Origin: Patescibacteria group bacterium
GTDB taxonomy: Bacteria; Patescibacteriota; WWE3; UBA101185; UBA10185
Assembly: GCA_049322215.1 (NCBI GenBank)
Contig: JBMORU010000001.1
Span: 969,759 to 1,033,758 of the forward strand
DNA: 64,000 bases
Reading direction: 5' to 3'
Shown: positions 27,128 through 36,286 of the stretch, piece by piece
How the letters are laid out: every line of letters starts with the position of its first letter
How positions within the stretch are numbered: position 1 is the first letter of the stretch
The notes under the pieces: model-generated
Seen by the model: the letters and a program-made list of their open reading frames with translations, nothing else
What the model was told of the DNA's origin: nothing
The model's database searches: none
Position numbers and translations under genes: made by a program

Positions 27128-27649
27128 TTAACTACAGTTGGTGCCTGCGTTATCACAATCCTGGATTTCTCCAACGGTATTATCGTATCTAAATATTGTG
27201 TCTACGATACCATGGGATTTACCAAAGATTTGGAACTGTACAGATCCTGCGCCACTAGGTGCAAGATATCTGAAACTACATTGAACTGCACCTGAACCAC
27301 TCCAAGTAGGAGCTGTTCCTGAACAAAGTACCGGTAACGGATTACCTGTAATAGTAAACATACAGTCATAGGAATTTGCGGTAGAACAGCTTGTACCAGA
27401 TTCGGTAACGTTAGATAAAGCAGCGATAAACTGAACCTCATCTGGAACCTCTCCATAGGCGGAGATGAAACCTTCGGTTGCCAATGCTACCTTGTTTATA
27501 CCAGCTTTAACTCCTGCATCTCTAGCTCTGTTTTGTTGAGTTGCTGGATTAATAACAGCAATCAACACACCGGCCAAAATACCTATAATAACGATAACGA
27601 TTAATAATTCAATAAGGGTGAAACCTTTAGAAGACCTTAGCGTTCTCAT
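27128..27649 (-). CDS. pilA: candidate major type IV pilin
   Basis: KG|FTLIELLIVIVIIGILAGVLIAVINP. Strong RBS GGGGGTGGAG. The only pilin gene with a long (~140 nt) upstream noncoding region and a 3' hairpin. Start set at MRTLRSSKG (ATG at 27649). Confidence 0.7.
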   Translation of the reverse strand: MRTLRSSKGFTLIELLIVIVIIGILAGVLIAVINPATQQNRARDAGVKAGINKVALATEGFISAYGEVPDEVQFIAALSNVTESGTSCSTANSYDCMFTITGNPLPVLCSGTAPTWSGSGAVQCSFRYLAPSGAGSVQFQIFGKSHGIVDTIFRYDNTVGEIQDCDNAGTNCS

Positions 27650-27791
27650 GTCTCCACCCCCTTTCTGATAGTATATAGTTGTATTCAAAACCTCTATTTA
27701 ACATGATACTGGGCAGATGACTACAGCAAATAAAATGTACCATGTTCAATGTAATCATCTATATCAAGTATGGCTGTCGACATATTTAATG

Positions 27792-28667
27792 TCAAGAATT
27801 AAACAAGCCGAAATACCAGTATATAAGGTAATTACCAAAAAAATTACCAAGTAAACTACCAAGTATTAAAAAGGGGCCAAAGGGTATAGTGTCTTTTATG
27901 GTTTTAACCCTAACTAAAATTAAAAACACGCTAAAAACGGCCCCAGTTAAGAAACCCAAAAATATTGAAAGAATGTTTATTGGAAATACGTTAAACAAAC
28001 CAATTAGTAGGCTGAGTTTTAAATCACCGCCACCCATACCACGGCCTTTTGTAAGCACAATTAATAACCAAAAAAAAGCAAATATACCTAAAGCGCTCAA
28101 AAACTGAAAGCCAAGCTGCTGCAAAGTAAGATAAAGCCGATCGTTCCATAAACCAACGTCTAGCAAGTATTTTCCAAACTCATCATTTTTCAGATAAATA
28201 TAAGAAGTAGCTAAGTCATAAGTTTTTATTCCAATGGTATATAACAAAACAATTGCAATGGTGGGAAAAATAACTTTATTCGGTAGCAGTCTAAACTTAA
28301 TGTCAGTAAGAAATAATATTACGTAAGCTGAAAAAACAAATAAAAAGTAAAAAAACACTAGTAGCGAACTATCTGTAAAGATATTTGCAGAGTAAGCTGC
28401 TAAAACAAACATAGCACCTGTAAGAAGTTCAGATAGGGGATAGAGCTTTGATAAAGTTTTTTTGCAATTTAAACATTTACCACGCTGATACAAAAAAGAA
28501 AAGACAGGAACAAGTTCTTTTGGTGTAAGGTTTTTACCACAAAACGAGCACTTGGATCTTCCTATAAAAATGGATTCTTCCGTATCTAGTCTGTCAGAAA
28601 TTAGATTTAAAAAAGAACCAACAAATAAACCTGAAAAAAATATTACTAAATAACCCAATAAGTACAT
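27792..28667 (-). CDS. pilD: prepilin peptidase (A24 family) PilD
   Basis: N-terminal CxxC...CxxC, GMGGGDLKL and IPFGPFLILG aspartyl-protease blocks. Polytopic membrane protein. Confidence 0.85.
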   Translation of the reverse strand: MYLLGYLVIFFSGLFVGSFLNLISDRLDTEESIFIGRSKCSFCGKNLTPKELVPVFSFLYQRGKCLNCKKTLSKLYPLSELLTGAMFVLAAYSANIFTDSSLLVFFYFLFVFSAYVILFLTDIKFRLLPNKVIFPTIAIVLLYTIGIKTYDLATSYIYLKNDEFGKYLLDVGLWNDRLYLTLQQLGFQFLSALGIFAFFWLLIVLTKGRGMGGGDLKLSLLIGLFNVFPINILSIFLGFLTGAVFSVFLILVRVKTIKDTIPFGPFLILGSLLGNFFGNYLIYWYFGLFNS

Positions 28668-28668
28668 G

Positions 28669-29526
28669 TTAATTGCTTGTTAATGAACCCTCATCACTGT
28701 ACAAACTGTGATCAAACATGCTTGGTAAATGAGGTAAAAACTTAAATACTGTTGCTTCCTTAACGGCTTCGTTTTCAATAGTTGCACCTTGCAAACTAGC
28801 ACGTGCACGAATTCGATGCCCTTGATAAGGTAGCCCTGAGGAACCTCTTAAGCCAACATGCGAATCACCTGCAATAGATCTTATACGAATGCCAACAGGG
28901 TTACTTGGCAAACTAACATTTGCACAGTGATCATAGTTACTATTTGACGATGGGGAAGCGTTTATAAAGCCACTTTTATCTGATCCAAAACCCGTATCAC
29001 AAGAACCACTACAAGAAATTCCTGTTTTTGTTATTTCACCAGAATTATTGTATGCGATTACATACAGGTCTGTATCCGTACCAGAGGGTTCTCCTGCCCA
29101 GCATACCTCTACAGAAGATGAACTATATGTTGTTAAAGAAACTTCAAAAGTTTGATTTTCTTCTAGGGGAATCGGTATATCAAAAAAGTTTCCGGCAGTT
29201 GTATTACCAAATCTTTCTACCACTATGGCAGCGACGGCAGTAACTGTTTCGGTAGCTTCAGGATTAAAGGTAACAACACACGCCGTGGTATCAAAATTAG
29301 AACATGTACCTGTTAAATTATCCAATTCCACACTTGATAAACGTAAATAACGCTCTAGACCACCTTCTGCAGCAGCAATTAAGCGTGAGTAAGTATCTGT
29401 GGATGTTATTCGAGAAACTGAGGATAAAGTTCGAAGGGATACAGCAGTACCTACAGCTAAAGCTATAGCCATAGTAGCTACTACAAATAACAAAACTTGA
29501 CCTTGTTGATTAAAATGGTTCTTCAT
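28669..29526 (-). CDS. PilX-like protein, paralog of 23045..23857
   Basis: NQQGQVLLFVVATMAIALAVGTAVS...AAAEGGLERYL. Start set at the TAATG junction with the giant gene. Confidence 0.5.
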   Translation of the reverse strand: MKNHFNQQGQVLLFVVATMAIALAVGTAVSLRTLSSVSRITSTDTYSRLIAAAEGGLERYLRLSSVELDNLTGTCSNFDTTACVVTFNPEATETVTAVAAIVVERFGNTTAGNFFDIPIPLEENQTFEVSLTTYSSSSVEVCWAGEPSGTDTDLYVIAYNNSGEITKTGISCSGSCDTGFGSDKSGFINASPSSNSNYDHCANVSLPSNPVGIRIRSIAGDSHVGLRGSSGLPYQGHRIRARASLQGATIENEAVKEATVFKFLPHLPSMFDHSLYSDEGSLTSN

Positions 29527-32500
29527 TATTTTTCCCAATAAACCTCACTAACAAACAAGCCTGAATAATTGGCTATGCTGCTGTTTAACTCCTGCGAGGT
29601 TAGTTTAGTTAAATACAATGGGTTGTAAACTATATACTCTGCAGGATAACTGTTCTTTAAACCTCTATCTCTTTCAAATAATACAGTACTTGCTGCATCT
29701 CCACCAACAATTAGTGGACCTTCTACAATTATAGTGCTTTCGGTTTCTATATCGCCTGTACTTTCGAATATTATACTACCATGTGTTAAAAAGGCAGCTT
29801 CAACAAAAGGACGCGTGCTTATGCTAGGCTCACCTGCAAAGCTAGCCCCTAGATCAGCACTAAAGCGAATGGGAACCTGGCTAACAAAAAATATACGATC
29901 ATTATTTATTTCGCTCGACCTAAAATATCTGGGGGTACCTATAGAATCACCATCACCAAAAACTACTTCAGTAACGCCAGTAACGTAAATTACTACTACA
30001 CCATTTTCACCGTTAGCTATGCGATAATCAGCAGCATTTAAACTATTCAAACCATTTTGCAAACAGCTTGAAGTAATTTCATACACATTTGCAGGGTCTA
30101 GTGATCTGTTAGTTAAAAACCCAGTACAATCAGTTATTTGTATAGCGTTTTCGGGTGGAATAAAAGAATATGCTGATAACCAGGTACTAGCCAATGTATT
30201 AATATTTTTAAGATATACATTTGACTGTGCATATTGGGAACTATCTTGATTAGTTGCAATGTTTTTATTAGAAAACGTAGTTGCATTACCGCTTACTAGG
30301 TGCGGGGCAAAGCCTCCCTGCACTACCGAAGCATCTGGTATAGATTCAGTAATTCCTTCTGCACAAGTTAAACACCCCGCATATATATCACCATTTAATG
30401 AGCTGAACCAACCTTTAGAATCTAAATCAAATCCCAAATGAACATCAACAGGATTTCCAGAGGCATCTAAAGGAACATCAATAAGAGCGCAAGTGGAACT
30501 TAAAGGGCCACTATTACCCGGACCATCTACACATCTCAAGGAATACGTAGCATTAGCTTGTTGAGCGTACTCAGACAAATCGGCACATAAACTTAAACCA
30601 TTTTGCTGAGGGGTATCTTGTACTACATAGCTAGGGTAATTTGAGGCACCGTCAAGTGATACACTTGAAGAGCCTGTAGGTACGGTTGTAATGTTTATGG
30701 CATCTACGGCTATGGGATCAAGTTCTTCCACACCTTTAGCGGGATATTCACAAACAAACTCTGTAGAATCCCAAAGCCAACCTTGCACATCAGACACAGG
30801 ATTAACGGTAACGCGCATAAAGTCTTCATCTCCACAATTAGACCAACCCGGCACAACATTTGTAGGATAAAGCGGAGAATTTAACGGGCCATAAAATGGA
30901 GAGTTTTCCGGGTAAGCACCAGGATTACCTGAACAACGACCGTTTTCTCCTGCACCGTCCCCAAATTCATCCCAAACATTAACAGAAACCACCCAATCTC
31001 CCACATCAGAAATTACAGGAGTCCAACTTCTCGTCATATAACAAGGTTCTACCGACGTACCACAACTATGCGTACCCGAAAACTGTGTCCAACAGTTTGG
31101 TGAACAAACACTAGTAGGAACTGACCATTGTCCTGTGCTTGCATTATATTTTCTTCTAAACAGCTTTAAGGTTTCACCAGTATTAGGATTTAAATCTTCT
31201 CCTTTTCCCTGAAAAGTTTGAGCTACACCCACACTCAAAGTTGTACTGCCACCTGAAGGATAATAGCCCTCACTGAAAAAACTTCCGTTTAGGCGTACAG
31301 CACCTGTAGGAGGATCATTGACAATTACACGAACTCTGCTTGTATCGCCACAGTTAGACCAAGCTGAGTAAGGAGACGAAGGATAAACAGGAGGGAATAG
31401 AGGATTATCTCCAGGATTACCAGTGCAAATTGAATAGGGACGCCCGGCGAATCCTTCTGTATCTTGCGCATTTACTGCAACCCACCAGTACCCAACATCA
31501 GAACTATTTATATCCCAAGAGCGGGTGATTGTACAATCCCCACCGCTACAACTTTGTGTGGAACCTATTTGAACCCAGTTTCCAATCCAGGTACCAGAAT
31601 TTGGATCATATTTACGACGCCACATTGTTGCTTCATCCAAATTATCATTTTGATCACTTACAGTGGCACTAACATTTAAAAGCCTACTTGGATAGTAAAT
31701 TGGGTCTGTTAAGTTTGTTATTTGAGCAGTAGGTGGGTCGTTTTCAGGTTTGAGTTTAAACCACAAATGATTATCCCAATCATCACCACCTAAAGGAACC
31801 GTAGCCACACATCCGTAACCAGAAGCATTTGTATAACTCCCAAATGGATAAGTAACAGACCAAGTATCACACTCCCAACCGCTAGGAGGGAATAGAGTAA
31901 AGGAGTGCGGTCCAGCACCGTCAGCTGCAGCTTCTCTTATGTAGTGAGGACCAGGATTACATGCCCAATCGGAAGCAGCCCCGTTAGAATTGGAAATTAT
32001 TAAAGTGCCATTGTGTTCACCATTAGGATCTGTTTGGTAACTACCCCCACAAGAGAAACCCGCACCATTATCGGTAGCAGGTTGCCATAAAATATTATTA
32101 CCAGAGGAATCTGTATGATATACACGACCAATTACGCGGCGTTTGTCTTCGCCACCACCTCCACCACCACCGCAAACACTTCCCCAGCAAACTTTTTTAC
32201 AGTTGCCATCGCCCCAGTCAGACCAACTAGCGCAGGATAATCCTGCGTTATCGCAAATACTGTGATCCTCCCAGGAAACATTAACATTAGAACAACCATC
32301 AGACGCACTTCCTTCACCACAAATATCGCCACAAACAGCGGGTTCTGGTGGGGGATCATCTGGGTCACCAGGATCTCCATCATCTGAAACATTTACACAA
32401 CATGTCCCAGTATAATGCCAGGAACCAGCACCTTCACTGCAGGTGTTAGGGTCACAACCTTCTGCAGGGTAATACACATCATAACCACAATCGGCTTCAC

Positions 32501-32702
32501 AGGTAAAAGTAACTCGCTGCCAACGTTGATAACATGGTGGACTACTGCCAGGGGGGTTAAAGCCACAACCACCCGGTACATCCTGAACTTTTGTACCAAT
32601 GCAATAGTCTTGCGGATTACATATGGTTTGAGCATTAGCTTGAAATGTGAAAAACAAGCCACCAATAAAAACTAAACTAACTATAAATATTCTTTTCTTC
32701 AT
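29526..32702 (-). CDS. giant exported cysteine-rich protein A (1058 aa), unknown family, type IV pilus-operon embedded
   Basis: Sec signal MKKRIFIVSLVFIGGLFFTFQANA. About 18 Cys in residues 25-177, then GGGGGGG. Shared core, two internal repeats and a 423-aa C-terminal module, all alignable to 33419..36286. ATGA overlap with the upstream gene. Confidence 0.85.
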   Translation of the reverse strand: MKKRIFIVSLVFIGGLFFTFQANAQTICNPQDYCIGTKVQDVPGGCGFNPPGSSPPCYQRWQRVTFTCEADCGYDVYYPAEGCDPNTCSEGAGSWHYTGTCCVNVSDDGDPGDPDDPPPEPAVCGDICGEGSASDGCSNVNVSWEDHSICDNAGLSCASWSDWGDGNCKKVCWGSVCGGGGGGGEDKRRVIGRVYHTDSSGNNILWQPATDNGAGFSCGGSYQTDPNGEHNGTLIISNSNGAASDWACNPGPHYIREAAADGAGPHSFTLFPPSGWECDTWSVTYPFGSYTNASGYGCVATVPLGGDDWDNHLWFKLKPENDPPTAQITNLTDPIYYPSRLLNVSATVSDQNDNLDEATMWRRKYDPNSGTWIGNWVQIGSTQSCSGGDCTITRSWDINSSDVGYWWVAVNAQDTEGFAGRPYSICTGNPGDNPLFPPVYPSSPYSAWSNCGDTSRVRVIVNDPPTGAVRLNGSFFSEGYYPSGGSTTLSVGVAQTFQGKGEDLNPNTGETLKLFRRKYNASTGQWSVPTSVCSPNCWTQFSGTHSCGTSVEPCYMTRSWTPVISDVGDWVVSVNVWDEFGDGAGENGRCSGNPGAYPENSPFYGPLNSPLYPTNVVPGWSNCGDEDFMRVTVNPVSDVQGWLWDSTEFVCEYPAKGVEELDPIAVDAINITTVPTGSSSVSLDGASNYPSYVVQDTPQQNGLSLCADLSEYAQQANATYSLRCVDGPGNSGPLSSTCALIDVPLDASGNPVDVHLGFDLDSKGWFSSLNGDIYAGCLTCAEGITESIPDASVVQGGFAPHLVSGNATTFSNKNIATNQDSSQYAQSNVYLKNINTLASTWLSAYSFIPPENAIQITDCTGFLTNRSLDPANVYEITSSCLQNGLNSLNAADYRIANGENGVVVIYVTGVTEVVFGDGDSIGTPRYFRSSEINNDRIFFVSQVPIRFSADLGASFAGEPSISTRPFVEAAFLTHGSIIFESTGDIETESTIIVEGPLIVGGDAASTVLFERDRGLKNSYPAEYIVYNPLYLTKLTSQELNSSIANYSGLFVSEVYWEK

Positions 32703-33415
32703 TTCTCCAATATATCTAAGTGAATTTGGTATGCTGGCATTACTGACACTTCTTTTAACGAAAAAGGAAGTTCTCTAACATAGGCTTTAATTTCAAGTAA
32801 GTCGGTAATTTGTGCAATATTACACATATAGGCACGTCCACTACAATACTCAGAATTACGAATATCTGCAGAGGGGTACTCAGAAATGTATTCAATATTA
32901 ATTGGAGAACCTATTTTCGCTACAGACTTGAAAAACTCAAAGTTTACAAATTCAGGAGGACTATCAGATGACTTAAAAAGGGATATGTTATCAACAGTTA
33001 CATTATGTAAAGTGCCCGTTAAAAAAACTTTAAATTTAGTATCTAGCGCTTGCACTATCATATAATTTGCAGCACCGTCACTTTCAAAACCTAGTAAAGT
33101 CGGTTGAAAGTAGCGAAATACCCAACCTTCAAAGCTACCATACTCTGTAGGATGTAACGGAACATCTGAAAACACCCCATTATTAAGCATATCTTTAGGG
33201 GGCAATAGTAATGTGGCATCAATATTTGATGAATCAGAAAAACTTTTTAGTGCAGTATCTTTATAGGAGGCAAAGAAAAACCCTAAATATCCAGCTGTAA
33301 ATAATACAAACACCACTAATGTTATAAACAACAAAGGTTTTAGACTAAACTTACTGGCTGGCTTATCAGCTAAAAGCTTAAGTGGCTCGTAATTTGCTTT
33401 AGCTTTTAATCCCAT
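32699..33415 (-). CDS. single-pass membrane protein (238 aa), partner of giant A
   Basis: TM helix LLFITLVVFVLFTAGYLGFFFA followed by a ~185-aa extracytoplasmic domain. Located 3 nt after giant B's stop, with an ATGA overlap onto giant A. Confidence 0.65.
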   Translation of the reverse strand: MGLKAKANYEPLKLLADKPASKFSLKPLLFITLVVFVLFTAGYLGFFFASYKDTALKSFSDSSNIDATLLLPPKDMLNNGVFSDVPLHPTEYGSFEGWVFRYFQPTLLGFESDGAANYMIVQALDTKFKVFLTGTLHNVTVDNISLFKSSDSPPEFVNFEFFKSVAKIGSPINIEYISEYPSADIRNSEYCSGRAYMCNIAQITDLLEIKAYVRELPFSLKEVSVMPAYQIHLDILEK

Positions 33416-33418
33416 AAA

Positions 33419-36286
33419 TTACTCCCAAAAAACCGGTGAAACAAACAAACCGCTGTAATTTGACACAGAATTATTACCAGAGCGTTCCTGGTTTGTTAAA
33501 TCAACAAGATATGCTGGATTATATTTAACAAGCACCGAAGGTTTATCATTGTTTAAACCCCGATCTTTTGCAAAAACTATAGTGTCTGTAGACCCGCCAA
33601 CTACAATTGGGCCTTCAAGAATAACGGTTTTTTCAGTTTCTACATCATTGGTAGATTCAAATGTAATAGGTGCCTGGCTTATAAAACCTGCTTCAATAAA
33701 CGGACGCGTAGTTTCTGTAGGTTCTGCAGTACCAAAGCTTTTACCCAAATCCTGACTTATAACTATTGGAACCTGACTTATAAACATTATTCTAGTTGAA
33801 TTTACTAAGGCAGATCTAAAAAATCTATTGTTTGCTGAACCGCTTGTTTCTCCGGCACCAAAAGTTACTGTAGAACTACCTGTAATGTATATGGTAGCAA
33901 CACCACTAGCTCCATTTGTTAATCTGTAAAAACGCTGACCTTGAGGCTGGGTTCCTAATGCATCTATACCGCTCTGAACACAGGAGGAGCTGGCATAATA
34001 AACCTCATCAGGGTCTAAAATTCTAGCGGTAAACATTCCAACGCAATCACCACCAGTTAACTCAATAGCGTTTTCAGGAGGTAGAAATGTATAAGATACA
34101 GGCCATGTAGGGGAAGATGTATTTAAATTGCGTATAAACATGTCACTTTCAGCAAAAAAACTTGTTCCTGAATTTACAGAAACATCGTCATTAGAAAATA
34201 AGTTACCTAAACCAGAAACTAAATAAGGTGAAAATCCTGCAGCAGTAACTAGTGCGGGGTCGGGAATAGCCTGACTAACACTTTCGGTACAGCTGGAACA
34301 ACCCACAAATATATCGCCATCTACAGCTGTAAACCAGCCACTTGAGGCTAAATCAAAACCTAAATGAATATCTACAGGAGAGGTAGAAGGATCCAAGTTT
34401 AATAAAGCACAGTTTCCACTTAAAGGACCGCTACCATTAGGACCTTCAACACAAGTTAATGAATATGTTGCATTTGCCTGTTGTGCGTACTCAGACAAGT
34501 CTACACATACGCTAAGCCCGTTTTCTACTGGAACAAGATTTATGTTGTAGCTTGGGTAATTGCTTGAGCCATCTAACGAAAGACTTCCATTTATTGGTGG
34601 GGAAGATACTGATATGCCGTCAACAGCTATGGAATTTAGTTCTAAAGTCCCTTTGTCTGAGGTGCTACATACTTGGTCTGTGGAATCCCATAACCAACCT
34701 CTAACATCAGTCACCCCAACTACTTCTACTGCTAAATGACTATTATTTCCACAATTCGACCACCCACTACTTGCCCAAGGAGATACTGGGTAGGCAGGAG
34801 GATTTAAAAAGCTCCCCGTAGGAATTAAATGGTTATAAGGATTTCCTGTACATCTCGTATTTACACAACTTGTTCCGCTACAGGTACCTGCGCCAGAACC
34901 GCCGGGGGCATAAATGTCACGGCTATCAACTTCTAGCATCCAAAATCCAGCATCACTACCACTTGCCGCAGGCGTCCATGTTCTGCCATAAGTACAGGAA
35001 GTACCTGAGCAAGATTGTGTAGCACCTACAGCAATAGGCGCAGCTAAACGCGTGTCATTTACTTCATCAAACAAAATCCTTTGCAAAGAACTGTACTCTA
35101 AGTTTCCGCCAGCATCGTTTGCTCGTAGAGTTAAATTTATAGTTTCCCCTGAACGTACAACTAAACGATTAGTAGGGCTATCAAACGTATCTTCCACGGG
35201 AGCTAAAATTTCACTTGTAGGAGGAGAATTAACAGTAATTAAAATGCGACTATTGTCACCACAGTTTGCAAAACCAGCAACGTTTTCTGTAGGGTATGGA
35301 GCAGGATTTAATGGGTCAGTTCCAGGATTACCCGTACACCATACACTAGAAGTATCTGAAGCATTTGTTGCAATAATCCAAGATCCTTGATCTGCTAGTG
35401 GAATACTATTCCAGGTGCGCGAAAAATTACAGGTACTTCCCGAACAACTCACATTTGATTGAATTTGAATCCAACTGCCTAACCAGGTACCACTAACTGG
35501 GTCTATCTCACGGCGCCATAGTTGCCCTAAAGATAAATTTCCATCTGTATCAGATGCAGTAACATTGAAAGTAACGCTTCCGCCAGAGTTAACAAAATAG
35601 GGTGTAGCTGGAGAAGTTATTGAAGCAGTTGGTGCAACATTGGCCGGCTGCACTTTAAACCATAAATGATTATCCCAGTCATCTGCACCTAAAGACACCG
35701 TAGCTGTACAACCAGTACCAGAAGTGTTTGTGTAAGCTCCAAGAGGATAGGATATAAACCATGACACGCACGTATATCCAGGAGGAGGAGTTAAGGTAAA
35801 GCTGTGTGGCCCCGCACCGTCACTAGCTGCTGCACGTATGTAGTAGGGCTCGGGGTTGCAAGCCCAACTGGCAGTACTTCCCCCAGAATTGGATACGGTT
35901 ACTGTATTGCTTGAATCTGTTTGATAGCTACCACCACACGAAGCGCTAGCACGCTGCCAAAGTCTTGTTGACCCTGTAAAGTCATCATAAATTCTACCAA
36001 TAACGCGACGGGTGTCACTAGGAGTACCCCCGCCACCACTACAACAACTGCAAGTACCTCCCTCACTAGTTGGAATACCATCCCCGTAGTCAGGAGCACC
36101 CGGCTGACAACAACAACCATTACTGCAACCTCCAGGTAAAGGATCACCACATAAGTGCCAACATGGGGCGGGATCACCGCAACCTGCAAATGTTGTATTA
36201 GGCGTTAATAACCCAATGGCTATAAAAGAAATAGCTGTAAAGACCGTAATTAAAAATACTTTTCTATAATGGCTTAGTTTGGGCAT
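33419..36286 (-). CDS. giant exported cysteine-rich protein B (955 aa), paralog of giant A
   Basis: Signal peptide ending TTFAGC (lipobox-like). Shares RRVIGRIY, CGGSYQTD, WACNPEPYYIRAAASDGAGPHSFTL and DDWDNHLWFK with giant A. The C-terminal 431 aa are alignable to A and end NYSGLFVSPVFWE. Confidence 0.85.
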   Translation of the reverse strand: MPKLSHYRKVFLITVFTAISFIAIGLLTPNTTFAGCGDPAPCWHLCGDPLPGGCSNGCCCQPGAPDYGDGIPTSEGGTCSCCSGGGGTPSDTRRVIGRIYDDFTGSTRLWQRASASCGGSYQTDSSNTVTVSNSGGSTASWACNPEPYYIRAAASDGAGPHSFTLTPPPGYTCVSWFISYPLGAYTNTSGTGCTATVSLGADDWDNHLWFKVQPANVAPTASITSPATPYFVNSGGSVTFNVTASDTDGNLSLGQLWRREIDPVSGTWLGSWIQIQSNVSCSGSTCNFSRTWNSIPLADQGSWIIATNASDTSSVWCTGNPGTDPLNPAPYPTENVAGFANCGDNSRILITVNSPPTSEILAPVEDTFDSPTNRLVVRSGETINLTLRANDAGGNLEYSSLQRILFDEVNDTRLAAPIAVGATQSCSGTSCTYGRTWTPAASGSDAGFWMLEVDSRDIYAPGGSGAGTCSGTSCVNTRCTGNPYNHLIPTGSFLNPPAYPVSPWASSGWSNCGNNSHLAVEVVGVTDVRGWLWDSTDQVCSTSDKGTLELNSIAVDGISVSSPPINGSLSLDGSSNYPSYNINLVPVENGLSVCVDLSEYAQQANATYSLTCVEGPNGSGPLSGNCALLNLDPSTSPVDIHLGFDLASSGWFTAVDGDIFVGCSSCTESVSQAIPDPALVTAAGFSPYLVSGLGNLFSNDDVSVNSGTSFFAESDMFIRNLNTSSPTWPVSYTFLPPENAIELTGGDCVGMFTARILDPDEVYYASSSCVQSGIDALGTQPQGQRFYRLTNGASGVATIYITGSSTVTFGAGETSGSANNRFFRSALVNSTRIMFISQVPIVISQDLGKSFGTAEPTETTRPFIEAGFISQAPITFESTNDVETEKTVILEGPIVVGGSTDTIVFAKDRGLNNDKPSVLVKYNPAYLVDLTNQERSGNNSVSNYSGLFVSPVFWE

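Noticed and set aside
27726-27742. Sigma-54-like TGGTAC...TTGC element upstream of the candidate major pilin (minus strand)
   Set aside because: The spacing between GG and GC is 12 nt, not the required 10. No rpoN or enhancer-binding protein is visible.
32132-32675. Alternative-frame and antisense ORFs inside the giant genes (32132-32392, 32393-32665, 32415-32675; also 35899-36189, 35052-35390, 29734-29988, 31464-31679)
   Set aside because: They lie wholly inside long ORFs with signal peptides and paralog-supported conservation. The G+C-richer, Cys/Gly/Pro-rich coding lowers stop-codon frequency in the other frames.
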